A DNA stretch of 56,337 nucleotides from Methanomicrobiales archaeon. Lineage in GTDB: Archaea > Halobacteriota > Methanomicrobia > Methanomicrobiales > Methanospirillaceae. Below are positions 19,352 to 29,199 of this stretch, one piece after another. The stretch covers positions 1 to 56,337 of the forward strand of contig JAAYPD010000396.1 of the NCBI GenBank assembly GCA_012520015.1, written 5' to 3'. The first letter of the stretch is position 1. Each line of letters begins with the position of its first letter. The translations under genes were made by a program, and so were the position numbers. A model generated the notes under the pieces. It ran no database searches. It was not told the DNA's origin and worked only from the letters and a program-made list of their open reading frames with translations.

Positions 19352-22300
19352 ATGGTTATTGGTATACCTGAATTGTCGTTAAATAATAATGTCTGGATCT
19401 TTCAAGGAAATCCAAAATATTATGATTTTTTTTCAGAATTTCATGATGAATCAATCACCGAAGGGTGGTGGACTGTAACAAATAATAAAGAACAGATAAT
19501 AAAAGGGGATATTGGATTAATATGGATCTCTGGTTCAGATGCAGGGATATATGCCATTATTGAAATTTTAAATAAACCAGAATATCGAGAAGACTCAGAA
19601 AAATTAAAAAAATATTGGAATATACCATCGGATGCGGCAAATAAGGAGTGGCGGGTTCAGTATAAATACATAATAAAATTAAAAAAACCGATATTGAAAA
19701 CAGAAATCATTTTAATCGATTCATTAAAGGATCTAACAATAATTAAGGCACCACAAGGAACAAATTTTTTAGTCACACGAGAAGAATGGTTAAATTTACG
19801 CCATTTAATTAGTGAAAATCTTAAGAATTCAGAAATATTAGAACAAGATAAGTTCGGCGATATAATAGAGGAGGATTCTTACTCAACTAACTCTTGGAGA
19901 TATGAACCACCAAATGTGACCATTAAAACATTAGATAAATCAGCAATTTTATATGGTGGCACTGTTATCCCTGCAAAATTACGTGATTTTTTTGGTATTG
20001 AAAATGTTCACTACGGGGATAAAAAAGCTGTTGAATTAGAATATCAAAATAAAAAATATCAAGCATATTTTACAGCGAGAAAATATGATTCTACCACATT
20101 ACAGTGGTATGATAATTTTCGATCAATAATTCAAAGGAAATATCCAAATTTCACCAAATTTTTCATAAATAACGAAGAATATGTAGAGAATTGTCCCCAA
20201 ATGAAGATTACTAAACATACCGAAAAAAATCATTTCTTCATTGATTTTCTCGGAGAGGATAAGACAGATAGCAATCTTTCTGTATCTGATTCCATTATTT
20301 TCGCACAAATCGGATGGAGTGATAATGGATGGCAAGGATTTGATGAAGAAAGTTCGCAAAAATCACAAAATTCTGGCTTTCGATATATAAAAGAGGAGGG
20401 AATATCTCATGAATGGTGGAATTTTTTTGATTATGGAGATGATTTTTACTATGGATGGATTCAATTCAGAGGAAATTCTTTGCAATTTAATCAAAACGGT
20501 CTTGTTCTTTTCTCAAGTATCAATCCAGACACCAAAAAGTATTATTTAATTGGGTTTTATGGCGCTACTGAGTATGGGAACTTTCATGTTCCAATCAACC
20601 CCATAGATACAATTCATGATAGTAGCATAAAGGAAAAGTATCAAGACAAATATGCTGAATTTAGTGCGGCCGGATGGAAAGCAAAAAAGGAACTGTCTAC
20701 TATTTTTTATCAACCCCTTGAATTTAATTTAGAAGAGATCAACCAGACACAATGGGGTCAATCAGCGTACTTGTATGTAGGAGATGGTAAAGCCATCCCA
20801 AAACTGAATGTTCAAATACTCCTCGAAAAAGTCATTGATACTCATACCTCGCTATTAGATGAAAGTTCAGAAACCAGTTCGATAGAAATCAGGACGGTAA
20901 TTGAAAAAACTAAAAAGGTATTATCTCATTATTTTTCGAGCACACCCGGAAATAAAAATTATTGGAGAATTGCCCCGGGAAGAAAGGGCGTTTTATGGAA
21001 TATTTGGAAAAACGATAAAATCTGCTCGATTGGGTATCACCAATATGAACCGTATCTTGATGAATTAATCCAAATCAAAGATAAAAATCTGTTTTATAAC
21101 CGCTTAATAGAAATTGCCAAGGAGCATAATGGTTCTGAAGATTTCTCTTTCATGCTGTCTTCACAACCAGGTACTCATCAAAATACTATCTGGTCTTTTT
21201 TTCATGAAATGAAACCAGGGGATATTGTAATCGCCTCGACTGGAAAAAGTCAGATATACGGAATCGGAACAATAACCTCTGATATCTCATCGCGAAGAAC
21301 AGAAGACTTTACACAAATAAGGAATGTTAGGTGGGATTATGTTGATCTGAACACATCAATTCCTCAAGGTGTTCCTGGAAATTTTTCTATCACCTTAAAT
21401 AAATTAAAAGTAGATGATTACTTAAAAATTATTAGTTCAATACAAAATGAAACAGGACAGATAATTGAGAATAAAATAGAGATCAAACCAAAATTTCCTA
21501 CTCAACAATTTAAAAAACAGGTAATACTCTATGGTCCCCCTGGAACCGGGAAAACTTATAGTTCGGTTCTTCGTGCTCATGAAATCATTTATGGATACCA
21601 TGATCCGAATGTAACCTTCAGTCTCTTACATAAGAGATTAAAGGAACAAAATAAAGAAGAGTTCGATTATTCTCAAACAACATGGTTGGATGCAATTATT
21701 CTTGCGTTTGGAGAGATAGGACCAGATCAGCAAGTATCTGTTGATGAAATTAAAGAATCTGATATTATAAAGAAAGTTAGTACTTATAAGAATACCCAAT
21801 CTATATCGAAAACTATTGCGATATATCTTCAAAGAGAATCAAAAATCGATTCTGAAACTGTATATGTAAAAAATAAAACTGGGAGAGAATTTTTTGATAA
21901 GGCTCCAAATTCAAATTGGTACTTGACTGAAAAAGGATCAGAGTATTTACAACTATTAAAAAAGGACACAAATCGATTATCTGAAACATCATCATCACAA
22001 TTTAATTTTATCACCTTCCATCAATCATTTGCATATGAAGACTTTATTGAAGGCATCCGACCTGAATTGAACGAGTCGGGAGAATCTACAATCTCTTATC
22101 AGATCAAAGATGGTATTTTCAAGGATATTTGTAAAAAAGCTGCGTTAGATCCCAACAACAATTATGTATTGATTATTGATGAAATAAACCGGGGTAATAT
22201 TTCAAAGATTTTTGGAGAGCTCATTACTTTACTTGAAGATAATAAACGGGCGGGAGAGGCAGAAGAGATTACCGTCAAATTGCCTTATTCAGGACAAGAA

Positions 22301-22831
22301 TTCAGCGTTCCCACGAATGTTTACATTATCGGGACAATGAATTCAACCGACAAATCTATTGCATTAGTTGATATTGCGTTAAGGAGAAGATTTCATTTTG
22401 AACGATTAAACGTCGATTATAAATTAATTAAAAACCAGATTGCCAGGAAGTTACTTCAAGAACTTAATAGAGTTATTTGTGCGATAAAAAATCCGGACTA
22501 TGAAATCGGTCATTACTACTTTATGAATATTCCTGAACAAGATTTGGATAATATTGAATTACAAAAGGTATTTGAAACGCGAATTCTTCCTCTATTAGAA
22601 GAATATTTTTTTAATGATTGGGAGGCCCTGGCGACTATACTCGGTAAGGAATCAATAAAAGTAGATAAGAAAAAGAAATTGGTCTGGGATGAGGATACGG
22701 GTAAATTTGAAGATGAATCTGGCGATACTGATTTCATTTATGGTCTTTCGATAAGAGATGTCTCGATAGTATTTGAAAATACTATGAAAAATTTTGGAAT
22801 TTATCAACAAGAAACAAATTTATCCGAATAA
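19352..22831 (+). CDS. mcrB: McrB-family AAA+ GTPase with multiple N-terminal putative DNA-modification reader domains
   Basis: GPPGTGKT, FITFHQSFAYEDFIEG, LIIDEINRGNISKIFGELITLLE, GTMNSTDKSIALVDIALRRRF (NxxD); EVE-like N-terminus WIFQGNP..Y. Confidence 0.92.
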   Translation: MVIGIPELSLNNNVWIFQGNPKYYDFFSEFHDESITEGWWTVTNNKEQIIKGDIGLIWISGSDAGIYAIIEILNKPEYREDSEKLKKYWNIPSDAANKEWRVQYKYIIKLKKPILKTEIILIDSLKDLTIIKAPQGTNFLVTREEWLNLRHLISENLKNSEILEQDKFGDIIEEDSYSTNSWRYEPPNVTIKTLDKSAILYGGTVIPAKLRDFFGIENVHYGDKKAVELEYQNKKYQAYFTARKYDSTTLQWYDNFRSIIQRKYPNFTKFFINNEEYVENCPQMKITKHTEKNHFFIDFLGEDKTDSNLSVSDSIIFAQIGWSDNGWQGFDEESSQKSQNSGFRYIKEEGISHEWWNFFDYGDDFYYGWIQFRGNSLQFNQNGLVLFSSINPDTKKYYLIGFYGATEYGNFHVPINPIDTIHDSSIKEKYQDKYAEFSAAGWKAKKELSTIFYQPLEFNLEEINQTQWGQSAYLYVGDGKAIPKLNVQILLEKVIDTHTSLLDESSETSSIEIRTVIEKTKKVLSHYFSSTPGNKNYWRIAPGRKGVLWNIWKNDKICSIGYHQYEPYLDELIQIKDKNLFYNRLIEIAKEHNGSEDFSFMLSSQPGTHQNTIWSFFHEMKPGDIVIASTGKSQIYGIGTITSDISSRRTEDFTQIRNVRWDYVDLNTSIPQGVPGNFSITLNKLKVDDYLKIISSIQNETGQIIENKIEIKPKFPTQQFKKQVILYGPPGTGKTYSSVLRAHEIIYGYHDPNVTFSLLHKRLKEQNKEEFDYSQTTWLDAIILAFGEIGPDQQVSVDEIKESDIIKKVSTYKNTQSISKTIAIYLQRESKIDSETVYVKNKTGREFFDKAPNSNWYLTEKGSEYLQLLKKDTNRLSETSSSQFNFITFHQSFAYEDFIEGIRPELNESGESTISYQIKDGIFKDICKKAALDPNNNYVLIIDEINRGNISKIFGELITLLEDNKRAGEAEEITVKLPYSGQEFSVPTNVYIIGTMNSTDKSIALVDIALRRRFHFERLNVDYKLIKNQIARKLLQELNRVICAIKNPDYEIGHYYFMNIPEQDLDNIELQKVFETRILPLLEEYFFNDWEALATILGKESIKVDKKKKLVWDEDTGKFEDESGDTDFIYGLSIRDVSIVFENTMKNFGIYQQETNLSE

Positions 22832-22846
22832 TTGTGAGTATTCTCC

Positions 22847-24193
22847 GTGGATTCACTTGAGTTATTCGAATGGGAGAGAGGCAATAAACAATCTCCATTT
22901 AAGGATTCAGAGTTAAGTGCCTTAAAAAAGTTTAATGATCTCATCGTGAGGAAGGAGAAAGCAAATGCTCTGACAGTCACCTTTGGGAAAATCCATACTT
23001 ATTCATTTGTTGGAATAATTCAAATTGGTAAAAAAAGGATAGAAATCCTTCCCAAATTATATAATCCTGATAAAGACACCTCATTAAATTCACTTTCAGA
23101 TATTGAAAAAGAGAAAGTGTATAGAACGGCCCGGAAAAATCTGTTTTCTTTGCTTTCAATCTCTGGATTGATCCCTTTTTATAAATCAAAGTTATCCAAA
23201 TATGGAAAAGAAAAGGACTTCTATGAATTCTTAATATCCCTTTTTTTAACAGATCTTGAAAGAATAATGGGAACATCTTTTCATCATGAATATATGGATC
23301 AAACTGATGAGATGCGTCATATTAAAGGGAAATTAAATTATAAAGAGCAGGTTTTAAAACTTCCATCAGATTTGCATACATTTTCATGTAATTTTGATGA
23401 GTTTTCTATTGACAATCCCTTGAACCGATTGATTAAAGCTGCCTTACTTAAAATTCAAAGAGTAAGTCGAAATGAAGACAATAAAAAGCGTGCTTTTCAT
23501 TTCTATACCTTGATGCACGAAATACAGGATGAAATCATTTCTCCATCCTATATGTCAAAATTACATTTTACGCGGTTAAACGAAAATTTAAAAGGGGTTG
23601 TTGAGTTCAGTTTTATGATTCTTTTCGGATCAACATACTCTGCTGAAGAAGGCCCCCAACAATTTTATGCCCTAATTTTTGATATGAATCTCGTTTTTGA
23701 AAAATATGTTACAAAGTTATTAAGAAATACTTTTCAGGAGTATACATTTTATTATCAACATGATCTTCACCTTGCAAGTGAGTATCATTCATCAAATGAG
23801 TATTCAAGAAATAAAAAAAGAGTCACACCGGATATAATTGTTACAGAAAAAGGCAATCCTCTTGCAATCATTGATACGAAGTATAAACCGGATTTTTCAA
23901 ATGGATTCATTAAAAATGCGGACATTTATCAAATGATGGCATATAGCGTGGCGAATGAATCTGATAATGCCCTCCTTTTATTTCCGAATATTAGAAGAGA
24001 GGATAAGTTAAAAGAAAAAGAGTCTTTCGTTGTTTTAGATAAACTTGTGACGAAAAAAAAGTTGGATAGAAGTATCTTAATATCAGCCTATGCTATTCAA
24101 TTATTTGATGAGAGGGGGAAAATTCGAAAAACTCTGGCAGATGAAGATACATGTACAATAAAAAATGTCATTTCCAAAAAGATAGAACAATAA
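22847..24193 (+). CDS. mcrC: McrC-family PD-(D/E)xK restriction endonuclease subunit
   Basis: FVGIIQ....IEILPK, DNPLNRLIK, FDMNLVFEKYV, PDI...IIDTKYK, DIYQM.AY; GTG start 16 nt after mcrB. Confidence 0.93.
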   Translation: MDSLELFEWERGNKQSPFKDSELSALKKFNDLIVRKEKANALTVTFGKIHTYSFVGIIQIGKKRIEILPKLYNPDKDTSLNSLSDIEKEKVYRTARKNLFSLLSISGLIPFYKSKLSKYGKEKDFYEFLISLFLTDLERIMGTSFHHEYMDQTDEMRHIKGKLNYKEQVLKLPSDLHTFSCNFDEFSIDNPLNRLIKAALLKIQRVSRNEDNKKRAFHFYTLMHEIQDEIISPSYMSKLHFTRLNENLKGVVEFSFMILFGSTYSAEEGPQQFYALIFDMNLVFEKYVTKLLRNTFQEYTFYYQHDLHLASEYHSSNEYSRNKKRVTPDIIVTEKGNPLAIIDTKYKPDFSNGFIKNADIYQMMAYSVANESDNALLLFPNIRREDKLKEKESFVVLDKLVTKKKLDRSILISAYAIQLFDERGKIRKTLADEDTCTIKNVISKKIEQ

Positions 24194-24329
24194 TAGATAT
24201 TGTTTTGAGGATCATTTCAAATTATTGATACCGAATCCTCTTTCTATATATCCTATTCTTTCAATATTTTGTTTAATCCCTAATGATTAGTGCATACTGG
24301 AATCTATCCACATACAACAGCTTATTAAT

Positions 24330-25147
24330 CCAATATTCCAGCCAATTCATGACGAGCCCAGAGGTCTTACTCCAGTTTCATGATACAACCGTCTCTGTCC
24401 ATCAAGCATTTCACCAACCTTGAGGACTCTACCTGGCTGCTCAAAGCATTCAATCACTCTGAGTTTATCCAAAAGGGATGGCGAAGTGTATTTCTTAAAA
24501 AACCGGTAATCTGCATCTGTTTTTTTAATGTTTCTGAATAACTGGACAGAGTAGTTGTATCGTAAGCCCGGAATTCATTTTCACAGCGCCGTCTTCCCTG
24601 AAGAGAGAAGAATTTCTGCTTATCTTCTTCAGTTATGGCAGAAAATATGTCACTGGCTCATTGGGAACTGATATTTTTCCCATACGGATGCTTATGGAGA
24701 GTGCCCCATCTGTCGAACCAGTATAGAGGAGTACTATCTTCGAGGATAAGATAGTATGCAATGGACAAAATCTGCTTATATATTTCAGGGAAACACTGTT
24801 TCATGTCATTTGTAATACCGAGTTTCTCACCAATCGCATCAAAAAGATTTGTTGCCCCAAAAAAAGATCTGCTGGCGACCGCAGTACATTTCGGAGCCTG
24901 TTCTTCTGATAAACTCGCGTCCCGCTTTTTCCTGTTTCTCCCGTCAGTCGGAACAATTTCTCCAGTTATCTTATCTACTCGTCCAATTAATCTCCGCTTG
25001 ACACGAGATTGCTGTTTTTCTTTATCCCAGAGGGATATCGATTCATATGCATAAGTGATCCCTGATCGTTTGTCAGTCTGGTAAACTATTGCCACCATGA
25101 TCAACCAGTTTCGTTATGTATATATTGACACGTAACGGTGATTTAGG
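24330..25147 (-). mobile_element. IS1634-family element, internally deleted, both ends apparently retained
   Basis: Transposase N-terminus MVAIVYQTDKRSGITYAYES..WDKEKQQSR (to about 24540) joined to a C-terminal segment (24345-24525) closely similar to 28500-28680; ends CCAATATTCCAG / CGGTGATTTAGG. Confidence 0.8.
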
Positions 25148-25451
25148 ATTCAGTGGAAAAATTTTTCATTAATTTAAGAAATAAAGAAAATTTAAAAAGA
25201 TATCGTTATGTGTTCATGGGAATGAAGGTTTTAAGAAAGAGTCGGATTTTGCCGCAACAAGTATGAATTATGAAATATCTGAACTTATACGACTGTAGAT
25301 TGCCCTTTACACGATAGATCTTTATAAACTTGGCTACAAAGCTTCCTCGAAGCTTTATAGCCGAAGCAATATTTACAACATTTATCTGTATTAAATACAA
25401 TTAAAAAAGACAGAGCACCTCTGAATACTCACAATCCCGAAGAGGAAAATT

Positions 25452-25595
25452 ATGACCCCAGAAGAAGCACAACAGTATAAATCACTAATTATTGAAATTT
25501 TGAACTCAAAGGAAACACGTGAGAGATCAGAACAATTTAATCGTACAATGTGTCATGCTTCTGAAAACGATCTTCACCGCCCTTTTACTATATAA
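25452..25595 (+). CDS. 47-aa small protein of unknown function
   Basis: Manual ORF MTPEEAQQYKSLIIEILNSKETRERSEQFNRTMCHASENDLHRPFTI; GAGG SD 6 nt upstream; next ORF starts 15 nt after stop. Confidence 0.6.
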   Translation: MTPEEAQQYKSLIIEILNSKETRERSEQFNRTMCHASENDLHRPFTI

Positions 25596-25610
25596 TACGG
25601 GGCTTTTTAA

Positions 25611-25883
25611 TTGACCCTTTTTAAACCCATTGAGGAAATATCTGTCTTTTTCAATGGCTCAATCGTAGGGGGTTATTTTTTTAAGTATTTGAATAAGATT
25701 CAAGCAAAATCATTCCTAATAGAAAGTAACTATATCGATAAGGATTTTTTGATAGATTACTCTAACTATTATTCAAGATCCTTTAAAGAAATCCCTAAAA
25801 CTACTGATCGAATTCACTTTTTTTCAGCTTTTTTTAATGAAAGGGAATTTTTAAGTGCATTAGAGAAAGGGGATTTAACGTAG
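25611..25883 (+). pseudogene. N-terminal fragment of a conserved hypothetical protein (possibly papain/C39-like peptidase family)
   Basis: YL..I.AK...IE.NYIDKDFL.DY..YY.RSF......RIHFF resembles the N-terminus of a much longer family recalled from defence islands; ends abruptly at 90 aa. Confidence 0.5.
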
Positions 25884-25954
25884 TATGAATCTAATATATA
25901 CTATAATTGTTCTCAGGCAATTATGAGAGATATGTATTTTTTGAGGGGGATGTC

Positions 25955-27496
25955 ATGGCAGAGGAGATGAATAAAAAAAAATCACTTACGATTTCTCAAA
26001 CTTTCTCTTCATCAGAACCACCACAGACGAGACTGACTGATAAATCAACAATGCACTCTCCGGTCTTTTCTATTGGGTTAAAGAATATTGGTCCTATTGA
26101 GTCGGGAGATATTGAAATAAAGCCATGTACTATCATCATTGGATCAAACCGATCTGGGAAATCATATATTGCCAAGACTATATACGCATTTTATTCTCTC
26201 CAGAATGATCTCTACTACTCAACAAGTCCCCTCCCACATAATTTTAAAAGTCCCCTCCGAGATGAACTCCCTGTACCTCAGGAATTATATGAATTACTAA
26301 GGAAATGGGATACCAAAACAGATCTCATTCTCCCTGATTCCACTCTCTCAACCATCAATAGTTCTCTCTTTGCTTACATCTCTGAAAATCTCTTTTCATC
26401 AGTGATACAGGATGTTTTTAACACTCAATTAAAAGATCTCAAATCAAAACAGACAAAAGAGGGAGAATTTACCTACATCATCAAAGGACAGAAGATTTCA
26501 ATTACCCTGGAGAAAAATGCCCTTCATTTACGTAATGTACCTGATTCTCTTCCTCTGATTAACTATAAGATTTCATATCGGAAAGAAGATGGCGTCATCG
26601 ACATTAGTTACCATAATTTCCACTTTGTTCATCCAATCTCCCATCTCAAAGAGAAGACCGGGTTTGAAAATATAGCCAGGGATGTCACTTATTGTATAGC
26701 CGCGGGATTAATTCAGGAATTCTACTTTTACTCAGCATTTGATGGAGTATATTTTCCTGCCGGCAGAGCATCGCTCATGGAGATGAAACCTTTTGTATCT
26801 ATTCAATTGCTCAGTTCATCTCGTATTAGTGCAAAATCCTCTCCAAAAATGAGTTCTGTTTTTTCGGATTTCTTCGCATTACTCGAGAAAATATCAACAA
26901 CAAAGGATATCTCAAATGATCAGTATGATGATCTGATTTATCAGTTAATCGGCGGCAGATTTGAAATTAAAAAAATATCTGATAGTTCTCATGAGTATCA
27001 GTATTACACCGAAAAATCGCCAATTCCATTTCATCTACTTTCATCCGGAGTTCAGGAACTGGCCCCCATTCTTCTCTATATCAAATACCGTATGCAAGCT
27101 GGTGATCTGATCATTATCGAAGAGCCGGAAGCTCACCTGCATCCGGCAAATCAGTTGATCATGGCACAGTTGATCACGAAGATGATTCGGGAGAAAGTAA
27201 CGGTCATTCTTACCACCCATAGTGATTATCTGGTGGAACAGCTTGCAAATCATCTCAAGGCAGGGTTATTATCTCCAGAGGAACGGAAAGCACTGGTTTC
27301 TGATAGTGATTATTATATCAAAAGCGATGAGATCGCGGTATATCTCATGGAGAAATCCGAAAAGATAAACCTCTATCATGCCAGATCAATACCGATTGAC
27401 CCTGCTAAAGGAATTCCATCTGAGGAGTTTGTTAAAGTTTCTGAGTTACTCTATAATGAGACAATTCAGATTGAACAAGAGATTGAGGCAGAATAA
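25955..27496 (+). CDS. ABC-type ATPase, AAA_15/AAA_21 (OLD/AbiEii/PARIS-AriA-like)
   Basis: KNIGPI, Walker A GSNRSGKS, YFPAGR, signature LSSG, Walker B IIIEEPEAHLHP, H-loop TTHS; GAGGGGG SD before ATG 25955. Confidence 0.9.
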   Translation: MAEEMNKKKSLTISQTFSSSEPPQTRLTDKSTMHSPVFSIGLKNIGPIESGDIEIKPCTIIIGSNRSGKSYIAKTIYAFYSLQNDLYYSTSPLPHNFKSPLRDELPVPQELYELLRKWDTKTDLILPDSTLSTINSSLFAYISENLFSSVIQDVFNTQLKDLKSKQTKEGEFTYIIKGQKISITLEKNALHLRNVPDSLPLINYKISYRKEDGVIDISYHNFHFVHPISHLKEKTGFENIARDVTYCIAAGLIQEFYFYSAFDGVYFPAGRASLMEMKPFVSIQLLSSSRISAKSSPKMSSVFSDFFALLEKISTTKDISNDQYDDLIYQLIGGRFEIKKISDSSHEYQYYTEKSPIPFHLLSSGVQELAPILLYIKYRMQAGDLIIIEEPEAHLHPANQLIMAQLITKMIREKVTVILTTHSDYLVEQLANHLKAGLLSPEERKALVSDSDYYIKSDEIAVYLMEKSEKINLYHARSIPIDPAKGIPSEEFVKVSELLYNETIQIEQEIEAE

Positions 27497-27498
27497 AT

Positions 27499-28062
27499 AT
27501 GGGTTCCAGGCCTCGAAAATTGCCTCTTCAATGTCTTATTGAAAAATCTGAAGATGGATTTTTGGAAGAAGAGACGGATAGGAAGAGATGTTCTGAAAAA
27601 GGAACGGGAGTCCGATTTGAAGAAATTGAACAGATGGTGATAATTAAATCTGAAAAACTGCGGAATGAACAAGGGACTTTTCTGACTGAAATTGAAGGAA
27701 ATAAGGTCTGTGATCATATTGTATTCATCAAAGGGGAACGGGAATACGCTCTTCTCATCGAATTATGTAAAGGCTCTTCGAAAAGTCACGATGAGATTAT
27801 TCAGCAACTCTCTCATGGGGGAGAAGAATCTCTTCGACTCCTCAGTGCATGTTCACATCCTCCCGATTTATGTCACTTTGGATTTTTTTATATTTACACG
27901 AGTGTGAGAAGCAGCTCGTTTTTCAAGGTGCTTCAAGGGAAGAGAATTCGATTCAGGGGTAAAAATTATCCCGTACTTCCAATGCAAGCAAGGAATCATG
28001 GTTTCTTTGTTGTAACGCCAGATGTCCTTGAGTCTGAACTTATTCCACGAAAAAAACGCTAA
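27499..28062 (+). CDS. Hypothetical protein, possible PD-(D/E)xK nuclease fold, coupled to the ATPase
   Basis: CDHIVF......LLIELCKG....IIQQL motif; starts 2 nt after the ATPase stop. Confidence 0.6.
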   Translation: MGSRPRKLPLQCLIEKSEDGFLEEETDRKRCSEKGTGVRFEEIEQMVIIKSEKLRNEQGTFLTEIEGNKVCDHIVFIKGEREYALLIELCKGSSKSHDEIIQQLSHGGEESLRLLSACSHPPDLCHFGFFYIYTSVRSSSFFKVLQGKRIRFRGKNYPVLPMQARNHGFFVVTPDVLESELIPRKKR

Positions 28063-28072
28063 TTGTGAATCT

Positions 28073-28483
28073 ATGACCAAACCAACCCCTCCACCCTACC
28101 GCAAAAAACTGATCGAAGTCGCTCTCCCCCTGAAAGCCATCAACAAAGAATCAGCCCGCGAAAAGAGTATCCGCCACGGTCACCCTTCCACCCTCCATCT
28201 CTGGTGGGCGAGACGACCACTTGCTGCCTGTCGTGCCGTAATCTTCGCCTCCCTGGTTGATGATCCCTCCTCCTGGCCTGAGGTATTTCCCACCGCAGAG
28301 GAGCAGGAACAGGAGCGACAACGAATCTTCCGGATCATTGAAGAACTGGTCATCTGGGAGAATTCAAACGATCCTGGAGTTCTCCTGAAGGCTCATACCA
28401 AGAATGCCCGGTCTATGATCCCTTCTGTGGTGGCGGGTCAATCCCACTCGAAGCCCAGCGGCTTGGGCTCAAGGCCCATTAAT
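28073..28483 (+). pseudogene. Truncated DUF1156 adenine DNA methyltransferase
   Basis: KKLIEVALPL.AIN.ESAREKSIRHGHPSTLHLWWARRPLAACRA; shifted frame gives SAM motif [24 protein letters not shown], then cut by IS1634 end. Confidence 0.9.
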
Positions 28484-29105
28484 CCTATATTCCCGCCAAT
28501 TCATAACGAGCCCGGTGGTCTTACTCCAGGTTCATGATACAGCCGTTTCTGTTCATCAAGCATTTCACCAACCTTGAGGACTCTACCTGACTGCTCAAAG
28601 CATTCAATCACTCTGAGTTTATCTAAAAGGGACGGCAAGGTGTATTTCTTAAGAGGAACGGTAATCTGCATCTGTTTTTTTATATATGACAGATATATCA
28701 ATGCTACAAACTGAACAAATAATTTCCCATCAAGACTTTTTCAGACGAAACCAGATTTCGACGCATGTTTAGTCGTTCCTTGAGATATCCGAATGCCTTT
28801 TCCACAACATCCTTGTTCCTGTAGAGTTCAAGAGCTGTAACAACATCCATCGTTTCGTTCGTAATCAAAGAAAAAAAACCAAAATATCGCGTTGCTTTAT
28901 TAATCTCTTCTTTATTTACTGTTACCTTTGTTCCCCGCTTTGGTGTTGTTTTGCAGGCGAAATACTTCAGATAGAGTTTTTCATGTTCAGGAACACGGCT
29001 ATCAGTCCCTAATTCCTTTTTCAAAGCATTCAACTTTCGGTCAAAAACAATTCTTTTCTTCAGCTGCTCTCTCGATATAATAATAATAAACATACAGGCG
29101 GTGTT
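28484..29105 (-). mobile_element. IS1634-family transposase 3' remnant with right end
   Basis: RYFGFFSLITNE.MD...ALELYRNKDVVEKAFG.LKERLNMRR; frameshifted; terminal CCTATATTCCCG. Confidence 0.85.
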
Positions 29106-29199
29106 CTTGTTTGCCACGTTACCCCCAAAACCGCGGGTGATGTCAGATGCCGCTCTCCGGATCTGACTTCTTCGATCCTCCTTGTCAGCTAGCTGCGGT

